A stretch of 64,000 bases of DNA from Torpedo marmorata (Eukaryota), in contig OZ360238.1 in assembly GCA_977017645.1 (NCBI GenBank), forward strand, positions 5,890,001-5,954,000, read 5' to 3'. The notes beneath the pieces are model-generated. The model worked only from the letters and a program-made list of their open reading frames with translations, ran no database searches and was not told the origin of the DNA. Below are positions 23,917 to 37,334 of the stretch, in pieces; the stretch's first letter is position 1; each line of letters starts with the position of its first letter. The position numbers and the translations under genes were made by a program.

Positions 23917-25658
23917 AGCATTGGCAGATGGAACTTAATGCAGACAAGTGTGAGGTGATGCAATTTGTCAAATATGGGTTGGCCATCGACAGTAAATGGT
24001 AGGATACACAGGAACTGCATTGTCCTAGTTCGTAGTTCGCTGAAAGTGTCCACACAGGAGGATAGGGTGGCGAAGAATGCTTGACTGTATAGATCGGAGC
24101 ATAGAGTAGAGAGCTGGGATGCAGTGTTGCAACTTTACTAAACTCCAGTTAGCCGAACTTGGAGCATTGTGTGCAGTTCTGGTCACCGCACTGTGGGGAG
24201 GATGTGTTTGCACTGGAGAGAGTGCCAAGGAGTCTCACCTGGATGATGCCTGGATTGGAGGACTTTAGTTTTGGGGAAAGATCGGACAGGATGGGATTAG
24301 TGTAGATGGGTAAAAGTGTCAGCATGGATTTGGTGGGCCAAAGGGTCTGTTCCACAGGAACATGAGAAATAAAATGTAAGAAATAGGAGCAGGAGCCGGC
24401 TATCCGGCCCGTCGAGCCTGCTCTGCCATTCAATAAGCTCACGACTGATCTGACCGAGGGCTCAGCTCCACCTCCCTGCCTGCTCCCCAGAACCCTTAAT
24501 TCACACACAACTCAAAAAATGCATCTAACGGCATCATGCACATTTAAAAACGCATGGGGATTGTAGGTTAATTGTTATATTTGTGGGCCATGTGCTTATG
24601 GGCCGGAAGGGCCTGTTACCATGCTGTATGTCTAAATTTAAATTTACTGAGGCAGCCTCGAATGCTTCCTCGGACAAAGAATTCCACAGATTCACTCCTC
24701 TCTGGGAAAAGCAGTTCCTCCTCATCTCCATCCTAAATCTACTCCCCTGAACCTTGAGGCTATGTTCCCCCAGTTCTACTCTCACCCACCATTGGAAATA
24801 ACTTTCCTGCCTCTATCTTATCTATCAATTTCATAATTTTATGTTTATTTAAGGTCCCCTCTCATTTTTCTAAATTCTAATGAGAACAGTCCCGGGCTAC
24901 TCAATCTCCCCTCACAGGAATTAACCTGGTGAACCTCTCTGCACCACCTCCAACACCAGTATATCTTTTCTCAAGTAAGGAGACCAGAACTGCACGCAGT
25001 ACTCCAGGTGCAGCCTCACCAGTACCCTGTACAGTTGCTCCTAAATTCATTCCCTCCAGTAATGCAGGCCAACTTTGCCTTCTTGATTACGTTTCACCTG
25101 CAAATCAACCTTTTTGTGATTAATACACAAGCACTCCCAAGTCCCTTTGCACAACAGTGTACTTTTTTTTCACTTCAGCACAGTACAGGCCCTTCAGCCC
25201 TCGATGTTGTGCCGACCCATATGTTCATTAAAAAAAAGTACTAAACCCTCCCTACCCCGTAACCCTCTATTTTCCTTTCATCCATGTGTCTGTCTAAGAG
25301 TCTCTTAAATGCCCCTAATGTTTCAGCCTCCACCACCATCCCTGGCAAGGCATCCCAGGCACCCACAACTCTCTATGTAAAAAACTTACCCCTGATATCT
25401 CCCCTAAACTTCCCTCCCTTCACTTTGTACTTATGTCCTCTGGTGTTTGCTGATCCTGCCCTGGGAAACAGGTGCTGGCTGTCCACCCTATCTATGCCTC
25501 TCATAATCTTGTAGACCTCTATTAAGTCTCCTCTCATCCTTCTACACTCCAAAGAGAAAAGTCCTAGCTCTGCAAACCTTGCCTCATAAGACTTATTTTC
25601 CAATCCAGGCAACATCCTGGTAAATCTCCTCTGGACCCTCTCCATAGCTTCCACATCT
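23917..25658. mobile_element. Cluster of degraded CR1 3' fragments in both orientations plus a SINE tail
   Basis: WQMEFN, VQFWSP and ERVQRRFTRML-like remnants on plus (23917-24360) and minus (24360-25658). Confidence 0.7.
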
Positions 25659-27828
25659 TCAGATTTTCAAAGCTTGTAGAGGGATCTGGACCAACTGGGA
25701 GAATGGGCCAAAAAATGGCAGATGGAGTTTAATGCAGACAAATGAGGTGATGCATTTTGGAAGGGCAAACCAAGGTAGAACATACACAGTAAATGGTAGG
25801 GCACTGAGGAGTGCGGAGGGGCAGAGAGATCTGGGAATACAGATATATTGTTCCCTGAACGTGGCGTCGCAGGTGGACAGGGTTGTAAAGAAAGCTTTTG
25901 GCATCTTAGCCTTTATAAATCAAAGTATTGAGTGTAGGAGTTGGGATGTTATGTTGAAGTTGTTTAAGACATTGGTGAGGCCAAATTTGGAATATTGTGT
26001 GCAGTTCTGGTCGCCTAACGACAGGAAGGATATCAATAAGATTAAAAGAGTGCAGAGAAGATTTACTAGGATGTTGCCGGGTCTTCAGGAGTTGAGTTAC
26101 AGGGAAAGGTTAAACAGGTTAGGACTTTATTCTTTGGAGCGAAGAAGAATGAGGGGAGATTTGATAGAGGTTTACAAGATTATGAGAGGTAAAGACAGAG
26201 TGGATGCGAGTAGGCTTTTTCCACTTAGATTGGGGGAGATAAATATGAGAGGTCATAGTTTTAAGCTGAAAGGGGAAAGGTTTAGGGAGAACATTAGGGG
26301 AAAGTTCTTCACTCAGAGTGGTGGGAATGTGGAATGAGCTGCCATCTGATGTGGTGAATGCGGGCTTGATCTTAAGTTTTAAGAATAAATTGGATAAAAA
26401 TTCTCCTATCCTTAAACATTTGTTAGAAATATGGAATAAGACGGATAAGGAAATAGGAGGAAAAGGAATGATTTCTCCAAGGATGCCTTTATATCAAAAT
26501 CAACTTATTCCATTTACTATTAATAATCAATTATTTAAAATCTGGTTTCAAAAAGGAATTAAGAAAATAAATGATTGTTTTGAAGCTGGGAAATTTATTA
26601 CTTTTCAAAGAATGAAAGATAAATTCAATATATTGGATAATACACTTTTTGCTTATTATCAAATTAGAGCATTTTTGATTGAGAAATTAGGTTATAGTTT
26701 GATTTTACCAAGACAGAATGAATTAGAATTATTAGTTACTGAAGGAGATGTAAATAAATTTATTTCTCAAATGTATAAATTGTTTCAGAGGAAAACATCT
26801 AAAGTAGGAATTCATAAATCAAGATTAAAATGGGAATTAGATTTGAATGTAACAATAGATGAAAATCATTGGAAAGAATTATGTAAATTAAGTATGACGA
26901 AAATTATTAATGTTAGATATAGATGAGTACAATACAATTTTTTTCATCAATTATATTTAACACATAAAAAATTAAAGAAATTTAATCCGACATTATCAGG
27001 TTTATGTTTTAGATGTAATAAAGAGGAAGGTTCTTTAGTACATTCTACATGGTTTTGTCCAAAAGTTTATGATTTCTGGTTGAAAGTTAAAAATTTTTTA
27101 GATAAAGTATTTAAGATTATATTTCCAATGGATCCTATGATATTTTTGTTTGGAGATATTAGAAAATTTAGTATTAAGATGAAATTAAATATGTATCAAA
27201 TAGAATTTTTGCGAATTGCTTTAGCTGTTTCAAAGAAATGTATTGCTATTACTTGGAAATCTGATTTAGATTTAGGATTAGAAAGATGGCATGCAGAACT
27301 TCGTTCGTGTATACCACTTGAAAAAATTACCTATAATTTACGTAATAAATATCATTTCTTTTTAAAAATTTGGAGCCCATATATGAAAGTTGTTGGTTTA
27401 AGGATTTGAAGATCTCTGGACATTGGATCTACTGGCATACCTGACCTCCATAATAGAATTAGTTTATAGATGTATGTTTTTAGATTGGCATTCTCCTTAC
27501 TCTATCTTTTCTTTCTTTATTTTTATTTTATATTTTTTATTTTTATTTTTATTAGATTAGTGGTGTTGGGAGGGTTGGGGAGGGGAGGGTGGGAGGTGGG
27601 GTGAAAATGTATCACAAATATTTTGATAATTTCATATTTTATTTTATGTATTCTGTGATTTAAAATTTTAAATAAAATATTAAGAATAAATTGGATAGAT
27701 ACATGGATGGGAGAGGTCTGGAGGGTTATGAAATGGGGGCAGGTCAATGGGACAAGCGGAATAATGGTCGGCACAGACTAGAAGGGCTGAATGGCCTGTT
27801 TTCTGTGCTGTAGCATTCTATGCTTCTA
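25659..27828 (+). mobile_element. CR1 3' fragment interrupted by an L1
   Basis: ORF 25732..26337 (CR1 C-terminal motifs). CR1 sequence resumes after 27697 through its tail. Confidence 0.85.
26397..27681 (+). mobile_element. L1 3' fragment (same subfamily as 13556-19827)
   Basis: Nearly identical protein to 15092..16606 and 19272..19553. TSD AAGAATAAATTGGATA at 26381-26396 and 27682-27697, at a TT/AAGA site. Confidence 0.93.
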
Positions 27829-28167
27829 TCCTTCCTGTAATGAGGTGTCCAGAACTGAACACAAGTGTGGTGCTGTAATCTTTCACCATTTAAATAATAA
27901 TCTGATAGACTGTAGAACATCACAGCACAGAAAACAGTCCTTTCGGCCTTTCTAGTCTATGTCGAACTATTGTTCTGCCGTCCCACTGACCTGCACCCAG
28001 TCCTTATCCCTCCATAAACCTCTCATCCATGTACCTTTCCACATTTTTCTCAAATGTTAAAATTGAGCCAGCATTCACCACTTCAGCTGGTTGCTCGTTC
28101 CACACTCCCACCACTCTCTGTGAAATCTCCCCTAATGTTCCCCTTAAACTTCTCCCCTTTCACCCTT

Positions 28168-29579
28168 TTTTTTTACTGATAGGAGTTAAAGAAACACCAT
28201 TATTAAAACATTTGATTATTGCCTGGAACGATTAATGATGAGATCGGGATGAAAGGAACTACCGGTATATCACCTAAAACGTCATTGATACAGAATAATC
28301 TTATACCTTTTACAAAAGATAATCAATTTTTAAATATATGGTCACAGAAAGGAATAAAGAAGATAGAAGATTGTTATGAAGGGAACCAATTGATGTCATT
28401 TACACAGTTACGAAACAAATATGGAATACCCAATAACACTCTTTTTTGTTATTTTCAATTAAGAGGTTATTTAAGGGAAAAACTAGGTCCGGATATGTTG
28501 TTACAAGATTGTAGTGAGGTAGAAACCCTTATTAGGAAAGGAAATATTAAAAAATTTACTTCTATAATATACTCTTTGTTACAAAGGGGAGCTTTAAAAC
28601 AAGGACTTCATAAATCTAGACAAAGATGGGAACAAGATTTTAATGTTATAATTGATGAAAAAAGATGGTCGGATTTATGTCAAGATAGTATGACCAATAC
28701 TATTAATGTAAGATATAGATTAGTACAGTATAATTTTTTTACATCAATTGTATCTTACACCACAAAAAATGAATAAGATAAAATCTACATTATCAAATAA
28801 GTATTTTAGATGTGGTGAAGAGGAGGGAACTTTTTTACATTCAGCATGGTTATGCTCTCAGGTAAAATATTTTTGGATAGAATTAGGGAATCTGTTAAAA
28901 CAAATTACAGGTGTCACATTTCCACAGAACCCTGATTTATTTTTATTAGGGAATGTGGAAGGAACTAGACCAAAGTTGAAGTTATCAACATGTCAATTGA
29001 AATTTGTAAAAATTGCTTTAGCAGTAGCAAGGAAATGTATAGCAGTAACTTGGAAATCAGATACAAATTTAAGCATGGATAGATGGGATATAGAGATGCG
29101 GAGTTGTATTCCATTGGAAAAAATAACATATAATATGAGAAATAAATATGGAGTCTTTTTGCAAATTTGGTGTCCATATATCCAATCACTGGATATGAAT
29201 ATCTAATTGTGTTGCTCTACATCCTAGACCCTGTTGACTCTCTCAAATTTAAAGAATAAAAATGTTGTTGAATACCACGCGTCGAGCTGTGGACCCAGCA
29301 GCGATCCGTACAGATGTTTTTAATAAGTAATACCAATGCCTTCTTTTCTGTTTTCTTTTTAGTTTTTTTTAGTAAGGGGAGGGAATTAAAGGGAGGGGAA
29401 GGGTGGAGGGTGGGGTAGCAATATTATAGGGGGTGGGTTAAGGGAAGGGTTAGATACACTGTAATACAAATTATGTTTTTATTTACTGGAATTAATAATG
29501 TATATTATATACGTTGTATTACTGTGTGAAAAATTAAAAAATTTAAAATAAAATATTTTAAAAAAATAAAATTTAAAAA
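28168..29579 (+). mobile_element. L1 3' fragment of a different subfamily
   Basis: ORFs 28219..28776 and 28748..29206 (INVRYRLVQYNF, SCIPLEKITYN). A-rich tail. ~22-bp TSD AAACTTCTCCCCTTT(C/T)ACCCTT at 28146-28167 and 29580-29601. Confidence 0.9.
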
Positions 29580-31604
29580 AAACTTCTCCCCTTTTACCCT
29601 TAGCCCATGTCCTCTGTTTGTATCTCATCTAACCTCATGGAAAAAGTCTACTTGCATTTACTCTGTCCATGCCAATCAAAATTTTGTAAACCTCTATCAA
29701 TAATCTCCCCTCATTCTTCTACGCTCCAGGGAATAAAGTGCTAACCTGTTTAACCTTTCCCTGTAACTCAGTTCCTCAAGTCCCAGCAACATCCTAGTAA
29801 ATATTCTCTGCACTCGTTCAATCTGATTGATAGATTTCCTGTAGTTTGGTGACCAAAACTGCACACAATACTCCAAATTTGGCCTCACCAATGTCTTTTA
29901 CAATTTCACCATAACATCCCAACACTTTACACAATACTTTGATTTATGAAGGCCTATATGCCAAAAGCTCTCTTTACATCCCTATCCACCTGTGACACCA
30001 CTTTCAGGGAATTATGTATCTGTATTCCCAGATCCCTCTGTTCTACCGCACTCCTCAGTGCCCTACCATTCACCGTGTATGTCCTTTCTTGGTTTGTCCT
30101 TCCAAAATGCAACACCTCACACTTGTCTGCATTAAATTCCATCTGCCATTTTTCAGCCCATTTTTCCAGCTGGTCCAGATCCCTCTACTAGCCTTGAAAG
30201 CCTTTGTCGCTGTCCACAACACCTCCAACCTATGTCATCTGCAAACCTGCTGATGCAATTTACCACATTATCATCCAGATCATTGATATAGACAACAAAC
30301 AACAATGGTCCCAGCACCGATCCCTGAGGCACACCACTAATCACAGGCCTCCAGTCAGAGAGGCAATCATCCACTACCGCTCTCTGGCTTCTCCCACAAA
30401 GCCAATGTTGAATCCACTTTTACTACTTCACCATAAATACCGAGTGACTGAACCTTCCTGACCTCCCATGTGAGACCTTGTCAAAGGCCTTACTAAAGTC
30501 CATGTAGACAACATCCACAGCCTTTCCTTCATCAACTTTCCCGGTAACCTCAAAAAACTATAAGATTTGTTAAACATGACCTACCACGCAGAAAGCCATG
30601 TTGACTATCCCTAATCAGTCCATGGCTATCCCAATACTTCCTGCATTATTTTTGGAGCCTTTTATGAAAAACAGAACAATATGAGCTATGCTCCAATCCT
30701 CCAGCACCTCACCTGTGGTTAAGGATATGATAAATATTTCTGCCAGGGCCCCTGTAATTTCTGCACTAGCCTCCTTCAAGGTCCAAGGGAATACCTTGTC
30801 AGGCCCTGGGGATTTATCCACCCTTATTTGCTTTAAATCAGCAAGCACCTCCTCCTCTTTAATCTGTATAGGTTCCATGTCCTCACTGCTTGGTTTCCTT
30901 ACTTCCCACGACTCTGTGCCAATTTCCAGAGTAAACAGAGATGCAAGAAAAAACATTTAAGATCTCTCCCATCTCTTCTGGCTCCATAAGCCGACCACTC
31001 TGATCTTCAAGGGGACCAATTTTGTACTTTACCAACCTTCTGCTCTTAATATATCTGTAGGAGCCCTTAGGATTTTCCTTCACCTTGTCAACCAAAGCAA
31101 CCTCATGTCTTCATTTACCCCTCCTGATTCCCCTCTTGTTTTTTTTCTGCATTTTTTATACTCCTCAGGTACCTCATTTGCTCCTTGTTGCCTATAGCTG
31201 CTATACACCTTGTTTACCAGATTCCCAATATCCCTCGAAAACTAAGGTTCCTTATGCCTGTTAACCTTGCCTTTAATCCTGACAGGAACATACAAACTCA
31301 GTCCTCTCAAAATATCACCTTTGAAGGCCTTTGATTTTCCAAGCACATCCTTTCCAGAAAACAACCTGTCCCAATCCACTGTTTTTGGATCCTTTCTCAT
31401 TTCCTAAAAATTGGCCTTTCTCCAGTTTAGAATCTCAACCTGAGGACCAGACCTATCCTTAACCATAATTATCTTAAAGCTAATGGCATTCTGATCATTG
31501 GAAACAAAGAGTTTCCTATGCATACATCTGTCACCTGTCCTGTTCCGTTCCCTGATAGGAGATCCAGTATTGTACTCTCAAATTGATACCTCGATATATT
31601 GATT

Positions 31605-31863
31605 GGGGCAGCACGGTTAGTGTAGCGGTTAGCGCAACGCCTTTACAGCGCCAGCGATTGGGACCTGGGTTCAAATCCCGCGCTGTCTATAAGGAGTTTG
31701 TACGTTCTCCCCGTGTCTGCGTGGGTTTTCCCCGGGGGCTACGGTTTCCTCCCCATGTTCAAAACGTACCGGGGATGTAGGATAATTGTGTGTAAATTGG
31801 GCTGCACGGACTCGTGGGCCAAAATGGCCTGTTACTGTGCTGTATGTCTAAATTTTAAATTTA
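31605..31863 (+). mobile_element. tRNA-derived V-SINE/HE1-like SINE
   Basis: GGGGCAGCACGGTTAGTGTAGCGGTTAGCGC head, GGTTCAAATCC B box, V-SINE-like core and CR1-like tail. Confidence 0.85.
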
Positions 31864-33628
31864 AAACTTTCCTGAATACATTTGACAAACTCCAAGCCAT
31901 CCAGCCCTTTTACAGTATAGGAGTCCCAGTCAATATGTGGAAAGTTAAAATCACCTACTATCACAACTTTATGTTTTCTGCTGTCTGCTATTTCCCTGCA
32001 GATTTTCTCCTCCAATTCTCGCTGACTATTGAGTGGTCTATAATATAATCATTAATACGGTTATACCTTTCCTATTCCTCAGCTCCACCCATATAGCCTC
32101 AGTAGACGAGCCCTCTAGTCTGTCCTGTCTAAGCACAGGTGAAATATTTTCCCTGACAAGCAATGCCACTTCTCCCCCTTTCATCCCCCCTGCTCTGATC
32201 TACTACTTTCCCTTCCAAAGTGGATGACCTCACATTTACCGACATTGTACTCCATCTGCCCAACTCTTGCCCACTCACTTAACCTACCTCTATCTCTCTG
32301 CATCCTCTGTTCAATTTGCTTTTCCACACTATTTAGTGCCATCAGCAAACTGAGATGCTATGCCCTGTCCCCTCCTCCAAATCATTATTGCACATCGTGA
32401 ACAGTTGTGGGCCCAGCACCTACCCCTGCGGCCATCCGCTCACCACTGATGGCCAACCAGACAAACACCTCTTTATCACAACGTTCTGCCTTGTATTGGT
32501 TAACCAATCCTGTATCCATGCTGATACATTAAATTCCATGCACCATTCCCCTGTCCACCTGCCCGTCCGATCATGATTCTGCTGCGATCATTGGCAACCA
32601 TCTTCACTATCTACAATACCAGGCATTTCAGTGTCATCCGCAAACTTGCTAATCATGCCGTGCATGTTTTCATCCAAATCATTGATATAGATGACCAACA
32701 GCAATGGGCCCAGCATCGAAACCTGTGGCACACCACAGGTCTCCAGTCCGGAAAACATTACCCTCTTCCACCATCACCCTCTGCTTTCTCCCATGAAGCC
32801 AATTTTCTATCAATTTTGCTATCTCTCCTTGGATTCCATGCGATCTAACGTTCCAGAGCAGCCTAACGTGCAGAACCTTGTTGAATGCCTTGCTGAAATC
32901 CACAAATCTCTGCCCTCGTCAACCTTCTTGGTCGCAGTTTCATTTAGATATGTGAAGTAGTTTGGTTTGGTTCATTGAGGCTCTGGATACAGTATGGAGT
33001 TCACCGCTGATCACATCCCAGAGGGTACACTTGCCTGATGCAGCTCAGCTTCATGGAATGTCCACAGATCAGTGCTTTAAGTTTCAAGTTTTTAAGTTTT
33101 ATGTTTATTTGTCACAAGATACCTGATACAGTGAGAAAATATCTTCTGTGAGCAGTCTATCAGGTTATCTCTACCATTAATACAGCCATGTAAAGAGCAT
33201 TATTTACAGAGTGCCAGACGACAATGAAGATCTATTAGCACCAAGCAAAGGCAGCGTGAGAGCACTGTTGTGGGGTTCATTCAGGAGCCTGATGGCTGCG
33301 GGGAAGGAACTGTCTTTATGCCTGGTGGTGCGCGCTTCCACGCTCTTGAGCCTTTTCCCCGACAGGAGGGAGAAGAGAGAGTGTCTGGGGTGGAACGGGA
33401 TCTTCAGTGTGTTCATTGTGTGCATTTGAAACATTTTGAATGTTGAAAGACCTGGACAGAGTAGATTTAGAAAGGTTGTTTCCCATGGTGGGAGAGTCCA
33501 GGACAAGATGGCACAACTTCAGGATTGAAGGATGTTCGCTTAGAACAGAGATGTGTAGGAATTTCTTCAGCCAGAGGGAGGTAAATCGTGGAATTTGTTG
33601 CCACAGGCTGTTGTCCAGGCCAGGCCAT

Positions 33629-34576
33629 TGGGTATGTGCCACTTAATGTCCACGATACGTTCTGTGAAATTGGGCGTTATGCAATGTGGATGTTGTGCGA
33701 ACACCATATTATATACTTAGTAAAGCTATATGGGATACTGTAGTGTACCTGTAAACTTTTTATTTGTAATTAGGGATCAGTGTGGGGACCGACACTGGGC
33801 TGTAGGCAGAAAGCGGGGCAGCGGGGTCAGTGTGGGGACCGACACGGGGCTGTGGGGAGAGAACGGGGTAGCGGGATCAGTCTGGGGACCAACACGGGAC
33901 TGTGGGGAGAGAGCGGGGCAGTGAGATCAGTGTGGGGACTGACACGGGCTGTGGGGAGAGAGCGGAGCAGTAGGATCAGTGTGGGGACCGATACAGGGCT
34001 GTGGGGAGAGAGCGGGGCAGTGGGATCAGTGTGGGGACCGACACGGGGCTGTGGGGAGAGAGCGGGGCAGTGGGATCAGTGTGGGGACTGATACAGGGCT
34101 GTGGGGAGAGAGCGGGGCAGTGGGATCAGTGTGGGGACCGACACGGGGCTGTGGGGAGAGAGAGGGGCAGTGGGATCAGTGTGGGGACCAACACGGGGCT
34201 GTGGGGAGAGAGAGGGGCAGTGGGATCAGTGTGGGGATCGACACGGGGCTGTGGGGAGATAATGGGGCAGTGGGATCAGTGTGGGGACCGACACTGGGCT
34301 GTGGGGAGAGAGCGGGGCAGTGGGATCAGTGTGGGGACTGATACAGAGCTGTGGGGAGAGCACGGAGAAGTGGGATTAGTTGGGATTGATACAGGGCTGT
34401 GGGGAGAGAGCGGGGCAGTCGGATCAGTTCGGGTATACGGTATACAATTTCCTATAGCTAGCGATCGCTTTTTCTCAATTGCTGCGGACTTGCTCGTGGT
34501 AACTGAATAATTATGGCACCACGGATGTATATGCGGTCGGACGTTTCCCGAACGGATGTTAAGCGGTGCATACCTG
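33629..34576. mobile_element. Tigger/pogo-family MITE containing a minisatellite, inserted in a CR1 fragment
   Basis: Right end reverse-complements to CAGGTATGCACCGCTTAACATCC and is followed by TA. Left end GGTATGTGCCACTTAATGTCC matches after CpG decay. CR1 sequence rejoins across it (...GCCATTGGGT/GTATTTAAGGCAGAG). Confidence 0.75.
33772..34428. repeat. G-rich 50-bp minisatellite, ~13 copies (GGGATCAGTGTGGGGACCGACACGGGGCTGTGGGGAGAGAGCGGGGCAGT)
   Basis: Tandem copies are directly visible. Confidence 0.95.
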
Positions 34577-35072
34577 TATTTAAGGCAGAGATTGATAAGT
34601 TATTGAATAGCCAGGGCCTCAAAGGTTATGGGGAGAAGGCCGGGCAGTGGGGTTGAGTGGGAAAATGGATCAGCTCACGATTAAATGGTGGGGCAGACTC
34701 GATGGGCTGAATAGCCTATTTCGGCTCCTATGTATTATGGTCTTATGCATCAATAACATGGCATATTGAATATTCCAGCACAGTACAGGCCCTTCAGCCC
34801 ACACAATGTTGTGGAAACCTACTCCACAACAATCTAACTCTTGCCTACCTCACACCCAGAACACTCTATTTTTCTTGTAAAAATGGAACGAGAATGGATT
34901 TCCTGTGTGGTACCTGGAGTATGAATCATCGGGAGGTCACGGAGATGTGAATGAAGATGTTGAGGCAGGAGCATGGAAATGTCCAAAGGAAGTGATGATG
35001 TCAGAATGTGGCAGGGCCCATGTGCTTGTACTGTGCACTCACTGAGCACTGACAGGACTCTTGCCGAAATGT

Positions 35073-35178
35073 TTAGCCCAGTCTTTCCATCAGCTCCATG
35101 GCTGCAGAGGCTGAGCTGTGTCCAAAGATGAAGACTCCACACAGGATGGTCAGCACTGCCCATGCGATCAGGCCTGAC
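35073..35178 (-). CDS. slc38a8: SLC38A8-like amino-acid transporter, terminal coding exon
   Basis: Acceptor ttttccccccacccAG. Encodes (R)SGLIAWAVLTILCGVFIFGHSSASAAMELMERLG*. Phase matches the preceding exon and the peptide resembles the last transmembrane helix of SLC38A7/8. Confidence 0.88.
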
Positions 35179-35489
35179 CTGGGTGGGGGGAAAAAGGAGG
35201 TTCAGTAAACTGGCAGCAGTCAGAACCAGCCGCGGAGGTGAACGCCAAGCCAGCCCCTTCCCCGTGACCAAACCCCACCAGCCCACACGCCCCAGTGCAC
35301 AGGAGGGGTCACTGATCCGGCCGAGAGATAAACACCACAGGACAGTGCCCCAAGTTCTCTGGGAGAGGACAGAAGCGACCATAGCAATAAGATGGCATCT
35401 GTGACAAGGCAGCCTTCCTTTGTTTAACCCACTGCCCTGATGTGATGTTTAACCTGAGCAAGCCTTCCTGCGACAAATTTAGTTTCAAT

Positions 35490-35712
35490 CTAACTGAGAG
35501 ACATCACATAGTAACAGGCCCTTCCAGCTCACAAGCCTGCACCCATGTGACCAATTAACTTACCAACCCCATACGTCTTTGGAACGTGAGAGGAAACTGG
35601 AGACCCGGAGGAAATCCACATGGACATGGGGAGAATGTATAATCTCCTCACAGACAGTGCCGGAATTGAACCCGGGTCACAGGTGCTGTAATAGCACTGT
35701 GCTAACCGTATC
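35490..35712 (-). mobile_element. Diverged V-SINE-like SINE
   Basis: Head, B box (GGTTCAATTCC on minus) and core similar to the other SINE copies. Confidence 0.7.
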
Positions 35713-37334
35713 GCCTGACCTACGGCACCTGATGACATCACTGTCCCCCACCCCTTACCAACATAGCTCAGATCTATAAATAGGAAGGAGCAAATTGGCA
35801 AGTTATACATGGAAAGGTGGCGAAAGACAGAGTGATCGAGCACAGATCCTTTCATGGGACAGATCACAAGGGAGATTACAGAGGCAGGTATGGCATGCAT
35901 TGGTCAGGGAACAGGAGAGACACAGGTGGTGCAGTTTGGGGACTGTGCACGTGTTCTGGTAAACACCTTTCCGGGGAAAGTCTGACCGCATCAGGGAGCA
36001 CACAGGGAAGGTTCAGAAGGATGTTGCAGGTTTTGGGGGAGGTTGGATGGAACAGGGAGATTTTATTCAGACAAGAGGCTGAGGGGAGATTTCATGAACG
36101 ACGGAAGGAGTCAGATTTTCAGAAGACATTGATAAGGTGGCACATCAAAGGTTATTGCAGAAGATGACACCTCTCGGTGGTAACATGAGAAACAGACTGT
36201 GAGTTTTCACTTTACTCATACCCCTCATGATCTGGAAACTTGTACAAGGTTTGCCCTCAGCCACCTACATTCCAGGGAATAAAGACCCAGCCTGTCCGAC
36301 TTCCCTTTAACTCAACCCCTCCAGTCCTGGCAACAGCCTGGCGAATCGTCTCTGCACCGCTTCCAATTTACTGATGTCCTTCCTCTAGCTGGCCGACCAG
36401 AACTGCATAGCAAACTCCAAGTGTGAGGTGTGGAGTCACACCAGGGCAGGACTTACATGGTGAATGGTAGGGCCCTGCAGAGTGTGGTAGATCAGAGAGA
36501 TGGAGGGGCATGGGGGCTGAGTTCTTGAAAGTGGCAAATCCGGTGAATGAGGTGGTGAAAAAGGTATTTGACACGTTGTCCTTCACTGGGCGAGGTATTG
36601 AGTACAAAGATTGGGTCCACATGATTCAGTGTTGGTGAGATCACATGGAGGACTGTGTATGGTTCTGATCACCCAGATATAGGAAGAACATCAATAAATG
36701 GGAAGGGTTGCAGAGGAGATTCACTTGGATGCTGCTAAGACTGGAGGGGTTGAGTAAAATGGAGAGGTTGGATCGGCAGGGTCTGTATTCCCTCAAGTAA
36801 TGAGAAAAGCTAACTGAATGTGATGGTTTATTGTGAGGGGAATTGCACACTAAAGTAGGGAGGTTGCTCTTCAGTGGAGGGAGACCACATCTGGCGTATA
36901 GTGTACAGTATTTGTCTCCTTAGTTAAGGAAGGACTGACATTCAACCTCTGAACTGTTTACTGCACGAGCACCTGGAATGGATAGTTTCCGTGTGAAGCC
37001 CGACATATCCACAGGTGTTTAGAGGAGTGAGAGCAGACAGAAAAATAAGACTGCGAAAGGTGGAGATGTTTCCTTGAAAGAGAATCTGGAACCTTGGGCC
37101 ATCATTTCAAGCTACCATTTAAGGGAGAGACGAGGTCGAATTTCTTTCCCTGAGTCTTCCTTTTACGTGACTCTCTGGAATTCTTTGCCTGAAAGGGAGG
37201 TGAAGGCAAAGTCCTTGAATCCTTTTAAGGGAGTTAGGTGGAAGTTACCAGGGTAAGTGAGGATGAGGATACAATCATTTTAAAGAGGAGGGCAAGTGTG
37301 AGGGGCTATGTGGCCGACTGCCACTCATATAGAG

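Larger units (their letters stand above)
27910..32200 (-). mobile_element. Degraded long CR1 LINE interrupted by an L1 and a SINE
   Basis: Series of short minus ORFs (29697..29891, 29954..30142, 30153..30374, 30615..30956, 30883..31095) colinear with CR1 ORF2. Confidence 0.85.

Noticed and set aside
25175-26396. 5'-inverted CR1
   Set aside because: The minus piece has its own 3' tail and overlaps the plus piece in ORF position with different sequence. They are two separate copies.
26318-26926. CR1-L1 fusion protein
   Set aside because: Chance in-frame junction at the 5' truncation point of an L1 inserted in a CR1. The TSD explains it and the ORF ends at a premature stop.
31605-31685. tRNA genes
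   Set aside because: The A/B-box-like heads run into a SINE core and CR1-like tail, and no complete cloverleaf was seen.
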